Positions 23,909 to 35,850 of a DNA stretch of 64,000 nucleotides are shown here, in pieces. The number at the start of each line of letters is the position of its first letter. The stretch's first letter is position 1. The translations under genes and the position numbers were made by a program. The stretch is from Calcarisporiella thermophila CBS 279.70 (Eukaryota > Fungi > Calcarisporiellomycota), in assembly GCF_041956535.1 (NCBI RefSeq), contig NW_027192199.1:1-64000 (forward strand). Reading direction: 5' to 3'. The notes under the pieces were generated by a model. It was given only the letters and a program-made list of their open reading frames with translations, was not told where the DNA came from and did not search any database.

Positions 23909-25311
23909 CTAGAGGTAAACACCGCTATTCCTAGTGTCTGCCTGAATGCCCCTGTCATCCTCCCCAAAGCCACATGGGCTCTCCACTACCGGCACGTCCA
24001 ATACCCAATTGGACCCGTCGGCCTGGTTGCACAAGGCTGCTTTTCCGGTTAGCGTTCCATCCCCCTCCACTGTATCGGTTATGGATGCAGGCTCTGCCAA
24101 AATGGGTTGGAAATTCTCACAGAAAACAGGCTCGGCATTGGAAATGCTGCAAAGTCCGCCGCCCGCTAATGCCGTGGACCGAGCCGCGGTTATCGCAAAA
24201 GGCGCAGTTTCATAGAGTGATAGCGGGGCAACTGCAAGCTGGGACCCATAGCCCACGTATGTGGTTGCCAGCGCCTCGGTGCACGCTCTGGAAGCGAGAG
24301 CATCGCCGGGCGGCCAAAACCCTATGGCGGACTCCAGTGAGGCGGGGATGGTCAGGCTTAAGGGCGTGCTTGCTAGGGCGTCCGAATGCAGCCGGGCTAG
24401 ATATCGAAATACCAAATGAATATGGAATGAATGAGGCACGATGCACTATCACATCCTAGATACCATCTTCTATCTCCATCCCACTGCCGTCTCCTTCCCG
24501 ATAGACTGCCGCATCGTCCATCTCTCCCATCATTGCTCTTTGCTGATGTTCTTCGTTTCGTGCGTCCATCCTCGCGTCGACAGCCCCTCTCGTCTCCTTT
24601 GTCTCTCCATAGCCCGGTATTGGATCTTGAGGACGGCTAGTCTCTTCTCTTGAGGGCCTTGGAGACCTCTCGTTTTCCGAGTGAGCATTGAGAGCACCCA
24701 CCTTTTTCGCTGGAACATAGGAAACGAATTTTCGAGGGGTGGAGAGCTTTAGCTAAGAGATGGGGGAGGATACAGGTTAGGGAGGTATTGGGAGGCGATG
24801 TCGACCTATTAACAATACCTTGATCTTTCCTAGATGAAAGTGCTTTTTTCTCGTAAACTTTGGATTCAAAAACTCCCAAATCTTGCAATAAATAGACACC
24901 AGGTGCCATTAATATAACTCAAATGCAGCGCACTTTACTAGACTTCCATGGTTACCTCCACGCCCTCTTGAGGGTCTGCATTCTGTACTTTATTGAAGCC
25001 ATGTTTATTCAGCTGTCGTAGAAAACTCTGGATATCATATTTGAAGAATTTCGGCAATACGTTTGCCTGGAATTCGCCCGGATCCTTAATAACAAAGGTA
25101 TCCAAGTTGTTGTAGGTGCCCCAGGAGACTATGCCCTCGACCGACTTGTCCTCAAGCATACTGGTCGGAATCCATAGAGTAACGTGTCGTGTGAGAAATG
25201 CTCAAAAAAAAAAATAAAACCACCGTCGTCACCCACTTACTTCGTGAGTTTCTTTATAAACGTGGTTGTGATGGCAGAGCACGGTCTTGTGGAATTCGAG
25301 TTATCGTCCAT
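23909..25311 (-). CDS. HSF-type DNA-binding domain protein (divergent), 3' exon structure uncertain
   Basis: Exon 1 MDDNSNS...TFIKKLT (ATG at 25311), exon 2 MLED...IVSWG...FVIKDPGEF...VLPKFFK...SFLRQLNKHGFNKV, exon 3 IWEFLNPKF. Downstream exons unresolved. Confidence 0.7.
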
Positions 25312-27145
25312 CCGGGTTGAGCTTGAGTATTAGTAGTGAATAGATGGTTCGTTCGATCTACAAATGCATTAAGAAAAAAGTGGACAAGATGAATACGTGC
25401 GCCCAAGAAAGCGATCCTCGCCAACGCTTGCCTTGGTATGTAAATATGCAATAATGGGATGCTCAAATTTGGAGAAATTCTCCCATGAAACGATTGACGT
25501 GAATATGCGTAAGATGCTTCTTGGAAAGGAGAGGTGCAATGCAATAATGGGAAATAAACTACTTGCGCAAGAGTATGCAACTGAGATCCGGTAAATATAT
25601 AGTGATATAATACGATTATTAATCATTCATCCACGCTTCAACATAGAAGAGAAAGAAAGTGTGGAAAGCGGAGACCCTTTTAACAATGTAAGAGTATTAA
25701 CCCCTCCTCCACCCAACAAAACAAGTAAGAAGAAAGGTGTTAGAACGTTTCAACTTTAGTTTCAATCTCCGGTGATAGGGTAAAAAATGCCCGAATCACT
25801 TATATTAATCGTCGCTTCTTAAAATTGCACGCCCATTGGTCTGTTCAGAACCTGGAGCTTACAAATTGTCGGAGTGGAGAAGCGATTGTGGTTGCGGATC
25901 TTTTACAAGCTCGACTCTTGGTTTTAGTGATTTCGAATCCTAGCAATTACACCGCATAACAACACATGCAACATTGGGAACGCGAAACAGAAAGATATAA
26001 CTAGCACGTGCTTTTTGTCTCAAATAACGCAGAGTCTCTTCGTTGTTTCGACAATACTTAACCTGACGTTGACAATATCCTTAGCCCGTACCACAGCCTC
26101 CTTGCTGGCGGATGCTGATTTTGGCAGGGTATTAAAAAAATGGTATGGCAGGATTGCTGATACAACGTCACACGGGGTTCCCCGACACCTACCCAGGCTT
26201 CAAGCTCCTCTCAACGTCACATGTTTTGACTTCGGCACTTTTGAGTCTCCATCAACGGAAAATGGATATTCGCCTTGCCTAATTCTGAAGCGAGCATTTC
26301 GGAACCTGTAATAGTTTTTTGCGGATGCTCCACTTGCTCAACCCCAGCTTCCCTTGCTACTTTTATGATCTTCGCTCGCCTCCCATTTCGTTATGATATG
26401 GGATCGGTTCAATGATGTCCCATCGACCCCCTCCCCCCCCCCAGCCGTAGCCACATGGAGACGAAAACATACGATGCCCATTGACTTTAGCCCTGCACAC
26501 CATATTAAAGTCGAAATCGAACGAAAATTACAACACAGCAATTTCCTCACCCAGCTCCGAACACCGATAGCGCTAGAGTTGGGCTCCAGGGCTAAGCGAC
26601 GATTGATTTGTCATGAGGGGCCGACATTACCTGATCATACGGGCTTAGTGAATGAAAGCTACTGAGATTCAATCATTAAACAGCAGATACCTCTCAGGTG
26701 TCATGGAAACATCTTCCAGTATAGATGTCAAATCGGTGAGTTCACGATACTTCGCACCATTGGTGCTATCTAGGCAAGGGGTCGCTCATCGCGCTTATTC
26801 TTTGCCATCATCTGCCAAAACACGTAAAAATATTGCGTCTGCGACTCTACTCTTCTACGCTCCTACCCGGAATCCATCCTAAAAACCAATGATCACGCCT
26901 CGTCCCTGAAAGATATGGGCAAGTAAGTTTACAACACGATGACAACTACTCGCATTGTCACACATTATTCGGGAAATGAAACTAGCTAGGGCATCAAGTG
27001 GTTTTTCATAAGTCGAGTAAACCCTTTGTTCATAAAATGCTAAGTATGCTTTCAAGAGCAGCTATAATGCTTTCATGGTATAAATACACGTTGATTCAAG
27101 CAGGATATCACTCCTTCCACAAAGAAAACAAGTCCCGTGCTCAAA

Positions 27146-28865
27146 ATGCTTGTGAAAACAGTGCTCACTTATTGTGTTATTATTCCACTCCTCCTTGTTA
27201 GTGCCGAAGCAAAGAAGTGTGCAGCAATGATTCCACCAAGCCTCCGCGCTGATAGGAGTCTTTTTGGCGGCGAACCTACTCTCTTTTGTGAATTGCCGAC
27301 TACCTTTTGTAATGCACGGAATGGTCGAGGATTGAATCGAGGCGGGGTGAGATGCACAATGAACAAGGCTGGCTATTTCAAATGCAACTCGCAGAAGGAT
27401 ATGAACGCAGCAAAGTCTGCATGCAGAAGATTGGGAGGAGTGAAATCCACTGAAACTATCTTTGTTGGATTTTTCGACTTACTAAAGGATGGGGCAGGGA
27501 CCGCTGATGAGGTTTGCTTCATCTCAGGACCTTTTATTAATAATAACTAGCCATGAACTGATTTAACCAACTTCCTCTAATGTTTTAGGGAAATGCTAAG
27601 GACGCCTCTAACAGCAACAGCACGGTTTCTAAACAGCCTTCTGGTGCTCAGAAAGCTGCCCCCAAACCAGCTAATCAAATCGACTTTAGGAAATGTAACA
27701 AAGGAACCCGGCGCTATGTTTTTAAACAACCCAATGGCAACACGTGTACCGTGGAAATTATTGGAGGAAGAGGGGATTTTGAAGGCAGTAGGAGCGTCAC
27801 GGTAATTGGAGAATTTGTGGTTCAAAATGGCCTTTCCTTCCTTCCCAATGAGACAGAATGCACTTTCCAAGCCTCAGAGAAGCAGACAAAAGAACTGGAT
27901 AATGTGATTCAACAGAATGGTTTGGCCTCCGAGATGTCCTGTAAAAATGCCAGCGCCAATAGCAACTCATCCAAGCCTAGCTCGTCCCCCACTAATCAAG
28001 ATCAGGATGATACAGTAGTCTTTCCAGGCCAGTCTCGGGCCAGCAAAACTGCCTCCTCTCCTCAGCCATCCAAGGCTACCTCTCCCACCAATCAAGGCCA
28101 GGATGATGATATTGTCTTTCCTGGGTCTCAAGGCAGAAAAAACGCCTCCACTCCTCAGCCCTCTAAAGGTCAATCCCACCAGGTTTCCGTCAGAGTGTTT
28201 GTGCACGAGAATTCGCTCGATGGTCACAGCGAAGATGAGATCAGGGAAATTATCCGGTCAGACTTTGATAAATTGATCAATCAGGCCTTCGATCGCGAGC
28301 CCACTCTCGGCGCCAAAAGGCTGTCATTTACTCATGATGTGCAATTCATCACCGAATCTCAATTCTCTACCCAAGGAATGGATCTATATCAAATTCTTAG
28401 GAACTTTTCTACATTCGTCCGCAACCATCCTGAAATGGTTGGTGGTAACGATATGACTATGATCGTATCTAGTAGTGCAAAGAATGGTATAGCCGGGTTG
28501 AGTCCAGTTGGAGGTCCACTTCGAAAATGTACTGGAAGTCAATTTGGAGGTACATTGGTGGTTTTCCCGAAGCCTTGGGTTGGCAACAATGGATTCGGGC
28601 ATATAGCGAGACATGAATTAGGCCATTATTTTGGTGGTAAGTCCTGAAAAAAGATTACCTGATGCTTGTGAAGGATAATAACTTTCTATTCGTTTTCCTA
28701 ACAATAGCTCCTCACGATAAAGAAGGCAAAGCCGCTCGTTGTCCCCAAGTGGGTGATATTATGGGTGGAAACTCGTTAGACAAGAACACCTGGTCAACTT
28801 GCAGCTCAGAACTCATTCAAGCGCGCATTTCTTCACTTGAATCTCAAGCTTGTTTCAGCAAATAG
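27146..28865 (+). CDS. Secreted metzincin (reprolysin/M12B-like) metalloprotease with Cys-rich N-terminal domains, 3 exons
   Basis: TATAAATA at 27079 and a signal peptide. Intron ~27512-27588 joins ORF 27137 in frame with ORF 27751. Intron ~28637-28708 gives HELGHYFGAPHD, followed by C....DIM (Met-turn) and WSTCS. Confidence 0.85.
27970..28170 (+). repeat. Intragenic ~87-bp tandem duplication (PTNQ.QDD..VFPG...K.AS.PQPSK, two copies)
   Basis: Two degenerate copies visible in both protein and DNA. Confidence 0.85.
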
Positions 28866-30276
28866 CTCAGAAGTCAATAATCCATATAAGTTACAATTTG
28901 CCACTTCATTTACATCATACCCTATATTAAACAAATTATACAGTAGAATAATCTATATTTTAAAAAATATAGGTTAAATTATAGAATAAAATTGTGAGCT
29001 ATTGACTTAATCCTAATAGCTTGTTTGAAATAGTTCTTCGCTTTACCGAAAATAATGTTACATAGGGCATGAATAAAAAATTAATCCAACTATACATGTT
29101 TTGTGGTTCCCGTGTTAAATAGAGTTTATTCACCATTTGGCAGATCATTCTTTACTGATGACTTTTACAGTTTGCGGCATTTAGTCACGATATTCACTCA
29201 AATCTCTTGATTGACTATCTCTCTCTATAATATACTTTTAAAACATTTGCATACCGTGGAACTCTTTGTTGTGATGTTGAAAATACCAATTCATTCCGTA
29301 TACCTACGCTTCATCAGATCACGGGACTTACCGATATTGTTTCATTGTATTGATGCATATCATAAGGGGAGATTTTTCATATGAAGAGATAAATTACAGT
29401 AAAGGAGAAGGGGTCGGCCGAACATCATTAGGAAATGCGCTTTTTCTGTATTAGAATATAGTAACGCAGTTTCAAGTATTTGTTTGGTTATTTTCGTGTG
29501 GGTAAAACAAAGCGAATACATGATGCATATCTAATCATTGATATAATAGGTTTTCAACAATTTCAAGAGAAAAAGTATGATAATTCATTAACATGTGATT
29601 ACAAAGTCAATCAAATTATAGAATTTTATTGGCTGGGATGTAGAACAACTTTAGTTCAGTACTGATAAGGTACCATTTCATAAAAGAAATAAAGTCATTG
29701 TATGCAAAATGAACGAACTTGCATGTGCCAATCTTTCACTTAGGGTTATAGTATTTTGAATATTGCTATGAATATAATGAATAGCACTTTGCAACAATGC
29801 ATATTTTGTTTATTTCTAAAAGTTGAGATGCTATTAGTTTGTTTAGTTTAATTCTGATAGTCAAAAATAACTTGAGTTTCTAGCAGTGTTCAACTTCTGG
29901 TCATATATAAAAGCTCGTACATTCTTATCTTCAGGTATTTCCACGAAATATTCGGCTTGGAATAAGTTGTTGTCGACTCTTATCAATTAATCTCATAGTA
30001 TCCTTTGAGTCTCCGGAAGTGCCCTAAGCGAGGGAGATAATGTAAAAAAAAAACACAGTCACCAACTTAATATTTACGCTGACATTCTAAATATTTAACA
30101 ACCCTTTAACACGATCAAGTCTAGTATAGATGAGGCTGTATATTTTTTTCTCGATCTCTTTACATCTTTTCTCCTCTTTAATATGCATGACATTGACAAG
30201 GAATTAGCTCAATGAAGGCTCTGCGAGATTTATTTTATTTATATTCTATAGTTGACAATAATTAGGTATATCCACA

Positions 30277-30774
30277 TTAAAACATGGTATTGTTATTTGC
30301 CGACTGCTCAGGAACTGGTTGGATCACATCCCAGTGCTCCACAATCTTCCCATCAGCAACCCTAAAGAGGTCGACAATGGCAACTCCTCTATCAGTTTCG
30401 TTATCCTTCATGTGCAGATGAAGCCACACTAAATCATCTTGGGCAGCTTGGTGCTTGAAACTAACGCTAGCATTTGGATTCTGCTGGAAATAGGGTTCGA
30501 AAGCTTCGACAAAGGCACTGGCTCCATCACCGACCAAGGGGTTGTGCTGGGTATATGTTTCACCAATAAATTTTTCGGCCGCAAGTCGGGGCTGGTGCTC
30601 GTTGAATGCCAAGTTGTAAAATTCGAGGACGGTCGCGATATTTCGCTGTTCAACCGAGCGAGAATTGTCTTTCTTGTCATCTTTGAGTGGCCTAGCCTCA
30701 GCAAAGAGAATCAATGGAGCAAGACAAATGACAAAGATAAGGGTGAACTTAAAAAATCCAAGGGACTTGTTCAT
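30277..30774 (-). CDS. Secreted SnoaL-like (NTF2-like fold) protein, intronless
   Basis: Signal peptide; YTQHNPLVGDG, DLVWLH, AIVDLFRV.DGKIVEHWDVIQ.VP..SAN.NTMF. TATA-like element near 30895. Confidence 0.9.
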   Translation of the reverse strand: MNKSLGFFKFTLIFVICLAPLILFAEARPLKDDKKDNSRSVEQRNIATVLEFYNLAFNEHQPRLAAEKFIGETYTQHNPLVGDGASAFVEAFEPYFQQNPNASVSFKHQAAQDDLVWLHLHMKDNETDRGVAIVDLFRVADGKIVEHWDVIQPVPEQSANNNTMF

Positions 30775-32306
30775 TGTGGATGAAATGTATTTAAATGCTT
30801 AGCAGTTGAGCAAAGATGTGTTTGAAATATGAGAGAACTTAGTAGAATAAATGTGAGGATAAGTTGGTTTAAACCATGCATTCATCTCCACCTATATATA
30901 CTTTATCGCTCTGGAATGATCTATTGTCGTCTTCTACGTCGAAAAATTCTGCTATTTGTCATTGAAGCTATGCATTTCTAAGCGACGGAGGGAGAAGGTA
31001 CCATGGGGAAACCACAAAACGTTGTCGTCTGAGAAAAAAATTCCAAATCAAGGGTGTATGGGGAAAAGAATAGTAATATTAGGCTAAGCCCTTATTAATA
31101 ATCGATGGTTAACCAATCAACCCTCTGCCGGTCCGAACTCGCACGTCACACGATTAAGTATGAATTTTTAGGGTAAAAATTCGTCCCGCTTTGGTTTAAT
31201 GTCAAAATTGATAATGAAATGTGTAACTAGGTAATCGAATTTATAGGGTATTTTCAAATGATTGGTACTAGTTAACAGAAGTGTAGCAACATGTAATACA
31301 TGTGATCCGTTTTTCTTTTATCGTATTATTTTCTTCCTTTTTTAGTGTTGTAAACTATAATTTGGTATACTTCATTTTTGTAATAGGAGGTTGAACAGTT
31401 TACATGCATATTGATAAGATAATTGCGTTATTTTAGATACTACACTGAAGAGGGGTATACTGTGTATCTTAAACACAATGGAGACGTATTTGAATAAAAA
31501 ATATATATATGATTTGAAAAAAAAATATGAAGAGCTATAGAGATTGATTTAACCCACCCGACATTTTCGCAGATGCAGGATCACCTCATGTCCTCGTTCA
31601 GTCCTTAGTCTGAGCTCCAGACCTAATTGCAGCAACTACGAACCATATAGCGTGGCATTGGCGGAATGAAAATATCTCATACTCCGATCTGCAGAAAACG
31701 CTGAAAGCATGAATAATATTCGTAGTAGTGATCAATCAAAGCACTTTGCCATACGACGACTCAAACTTGATACTGATTAAAAATCAAGTAGAAATTTGCA
31801 ACTATTTTCCATATCTAAATGGATCATTTTATGAATACCATTTTTCTCAAAGGGATTATAGTATTTTTTTTATGATAATAAGTAGTACTAGAAAATTCTC
31901 CAAACTAGAAAGAAATATATTTATTATTGCTAAACTTTTTGAATGGATTTCATACATTGGTCGATATCTTAACTTACCCATAGACTCATATGAGAACGGT
32001 TAGCTGGTAATTCAACTTTCAGAAATGATATTAACTTTACAGCCGCGTCCGAATTTGGAGGAATACCCAAGCCACATCTTCTTGGACGCCAAATGTTTCA
32101 TCATCTCCCTATAAAATTAGAGTGGAAGAGTTATTATAAAAAAACTGCAGAGCCTACACTTTTTTTAGGGATGTGTGCATTCCATGTTTAACAAACAAAA
32201 GTTGGCGCTCTGGGAAGTTGAAGTTATAAAAGGTGCATTTCTACATATTTCAATATCTTACAATATAGCTACTATTTTGATCATTCATTATTTTCTCTTT
32301 TACTAC

Positions 32307-32650
32307 CTAATACTTTGTGTGCCCTCCCTTAGCGAAGCACACAGCGCGTATCCTCTCCGGCACGCTTGCGTAGAGTTTGCCGATGTATTCCTTATCGATG
32401 CTTTCCCACTCTGTTTCAATTCTTTCCCATAACTCATCTTTGTTCTTGGGCATTCTGCGATAATTGGCAAGTCTTCGCTTTAATTCACTCCACATGTGCT
32501 CCATGATATTGAGATAGGGAGACTGCGAAGGCCACTCTAGTACCTGTAACTTGTTGTCTTGAAGCCAGGCTTTAGTGATATTAGCTGTATGCTTGGGGTC
32601 ATTATTAAGTTGGAATATCACTTCCGACTTGTCGACCCCAGAATACATAA
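32307..32650 (-). pseudogene. Tc1/mariner transposase C-terminal fragment
   Basis: VIFQLNNDPKH, WPSQSPYLNIMEHMW, AV..AKGGHTKY. 5'-truncated, catalytic motifs decayed. Confidence 0.88.
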
Positions 32651-32792
32651 ATATCAAGCTTATTTCATAAAAAGCGCCTAACCGATTAATAAATATAGTT
32701 TTTCACTTTTTTTTCTTCATAGTCGTAATAAAATCATCATTTCCTACCCTTTTCAGATGACCCCGGTAATTGGAGTCGATATGGTTACCACC

Positions 32793-32999
32793 TCACGCAT
32801 TTTCCTGGATTTCTCTCAATAGCAGATGGGATGGAACATTCACGCTTTCTTCAGCTGATTGTAGGTCACAAGATCCCCGTCTTATACATCTATTCGGTAC
32901 TTCAGGATCCCACTCAATACAGTAACCCGGTGGCATAGCAAGTGCCATAAGGGAAGAAACAGTAAAAATTGCTAGACAGATTATAAGTTGAAATTTCAT
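32793..32999 (-). CDS. Small secreted Cys-containing peptide (68 aa)
   Basis: True ATG, classic signal peptide MKFQLIICLAIFTVSSLMALA, TATAAAA about 95 bp upstream, GC higher than flanks. Confidence 0.6.
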   Translation of the reverse strand: MKFQLIICLAIFTVSSLMALAMPPGYCIEWDPEVPNRCIRRGSCDLQSAEESVNVPSHLLLREIQENA

Positions 33000-34583
33000 T
33001 TTTCAATACAGGTAGCAGAACTTCAAGAGTATGCTGTTTAATAGGGACTATAAATGAAAGTATTTCAATGAGATCTATTCGACTTTTGGGCTTTTATATG
33101 TTTATTTCGGGAGGATATATGATTGTGTCGCTCTGACGCAGTTTCCTTGTTAAATTAATGTGTAAAATTTGAATTAACTTAAAATCTTAGACGAAAATAT
33201 CAGAATTCCAACTTAATTTTATGCTTTCAGTTTAAAGTCTATTACTGAAATCATTAAACTGGGAATATCAATATTTAGTAACAAGGTACCCCTTATTCAT
33301 ATTGTATATATTAATTAATCGCTGGTTAAGCTACATTAAAATCAGTGAATCTTCGAGACTTATAATAAAACATATAGTAATACATTTTTTTTGCAGATAT
33401 TTGTGCTTTTATCCAAAATATGCTAGGTTAAGAATTAGACTTCCATCCATAGGTCACATGCTCGCTTTTGACTTTTTTTGTAATTGTCATTGTAACAACT
33501 AAACTTTATATTTAAAAGACCAACTTTTCTATAATCAATTTTGCAAAGGATAATCAAAGTGGTAATTTAATTATCATGCTCAAATTATCAACACATATTT
33601 CTACATCTTAAAGAGAATATTAACAAACAAATTTCAGAGAAAAGCATAGATGTATATTTTTATAAATATCGCTTTGACCATATTTAGAGTTTAAATGTTC
33701 TGCTTAAATGAATCCTCAGACCTGGCTGCGTGAATTTTATATTCGGCGATATTTTATTAACTTTGTTGTAGAGAACTTGCTCCTGCACCTCTATTCAATC
33801 GAATGATTGAACAATTTTTTCAAACTTTTTCTGGTTTTTCAATAGAGAGTAAAACAATTCTGATGAAATTTTTTAAGATTAACTTGCCAGAAAATCATCA
33901 GCCTCATAAAATCACTGATTGTCACTCTATTTCTGCTAGTAAGAAGCTGAGCCTGGGAAAACGCATTGATATATACTATGAAAAAAAAAATTAAAAGCTT
34001 AGAATAACCATAGTGAAAATGGATTCCTTATATCAAATTGTACTTAGTTGGATAGGTGCTATATATTGAAAATAAAATGTATATTTAATTAATAATTATT
34101 GTAATATGTTAATTACAGGCACATTTGAAATATAAAATAACCTATATATCTCAAAATTATTACTGTAGCGGTTGTTTTTGGGGTTAATATCTTTAGCAAT
34201 TTGATGGTTGTATGTCTTGAACAGCCCGTCTTCTTTAAATACATCTTACTCTATTTTCCTTACATCTGATATTATTTTCATTTCAGGTTCTTGTTCAATA
34301 TTTGCAGGCACATACGATTCTCTTGCTTTGTCGCTACCCGTTATCTCTTCGAAATTATACTTCTTTTTTCAGTATAAATTTATTAATATAAATGAACCTC
34401 TCAATACGCCAATTTTGACTTCAAAAAAACTTTGTGCCCTTTTGGCTTTTCAATTTTGTTCCTATATATTTTATGTCTAATTTTTATTTATGTTAATCTA
34501 GAAAATAGCTACAATATATTACAAATAAGATATATTTTTTTAAGCAATATTATATTACATAGATAATGAGTTGAAATATTTAA

Positions 34584-35850
34584 TTATTGAACGTTAGCAG
34601 CAACATTCAGGGGCTTGTTTGATGTGACATTATTATTGAATTGATCTATGAATCTAAACAGGCGATTTTCTTCCGCCCGAACCTTGCCTATATCTCCTCC
34701 CATCATCTTTATCCAAGAGTCAGGTACTCGCTTAGGTGTTGGGAGAATCGAAGAGGATGGTTTAGGCGGTTTAGTCGGCTTGAGGTTATCCCCTGACTCA
34801 TCCTCGTCAATGCTGCTGGATGACATGATAACTTCAGGATAATCGCTATAAACGTAGCACATACTATCACTTGTAGTAGACATAACAGATGCGACTTGAA
34901 CATTAAATGGCTGAAGGTAATCGGAGATGGATACACGACTTCCATCTTTATTGGTTCCTCCATATTGGTATACAAAGAGCGGGTCTCGTTTCTGCCAATC
35001 AGCCCATATTTTATCGATAAAAGCATGATGCATGTAAAATATAGGACTAGAGAAAATGTATTTAGACAAATATAATCGAATTAAATAATTAAAAGATCCA
35101 CACTTACTCGTTTGGGCTTGCCATTGTACCTAAATCGCCCCCAACTCCAATGTGAATGCCTGCATGAGGATTGCCCTCAATTGCCTGATGAAAATCTTGA
35201 TATCGGTTATTGCTGTAGATGATGTGTTGAATAGTCACCGGATCTACAACATATCCCTTGAGATTTGCCAGATTCCTTTGGAGGCAATGGGGAGAGACCG
35301 AGTTGTAGTCTTTATAGGTGACTTGCCAGTTAGCGAATGGACCAGTGCTGACACAGCTGCCGCTACCACCACACCAGTCATCAGAGAACACTGGACTTGA
35401 AACTGGATTAAGATGATCTGTTGTCCAATTCTGTGATTTTGGATAAGTTACTTTCTATTTTGCTACTTAAGCATATAAACCAAGACTTACCCAATATGGA
35501 AAAACAACATTTGGGTTAATGCTCTGCAATGCCTTTTCGTATTCGCGGAGGAAGGCTCGATGCCATGGGAGAAACTGAGGTTGGTAATGAGTATAATCTC
35601 GGGCCTCCTGATGCCATCTAGTTAACAAGTCATATCGACTTGGTCGGACTCCTTGATTTAGCTGCTTTACTGCATCGATAAAGTCGATGCGCTCTTGATT
35701 TGTAAATTGACGGATCTCCTTACGTACGGATGGGGTGGTACAATACGCATTAGCAAAAGGGATAGAGAGAGAGACATAAATTAATGATAAGATACTAGAG
35801 AAGGTGTATAGGATAAAAATTCTATGAAAAATGAAAATATTGGTTTTCAT
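34584..35850 (-). CDS. Secreted tyrosinase (type-3 copper protein), 3 exons
   Basis: VRKEIRQ; CuA H...H..QFLPWHR; PYW|NW; CuB PHAGIH..VGG...SPN.PIFYMHHAFIDKIW. Confidence 0.93.

Noticed and set aside
21550-24720. Numerous overlapping antisense ORFs
   Set aside because: Expected shadow ORFs in GC-rich sequence; no recognisable motifs.
27137-27550. Stand-alone small Cys-rich secreted protein
   Set aside because: A plausible GT-AG intron joins it in frame to the downstream protease, so it is treated as exon 1.
31560-31770. GC-richer patch in AT-rich intergenic DNA, possible ncRNA
   Set aside because: No recognisable RNA family boxes or clean reading frame. Probably a decayed TE or gene fragment.
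34164-34513. TGTAGCGG...GCTACA segment resembling an LTR-C-like solo LTR
   Set aside because: Flanks (ATTAC vs ATATA) are not a TSD and no internal similarity to LTR-C was seen.
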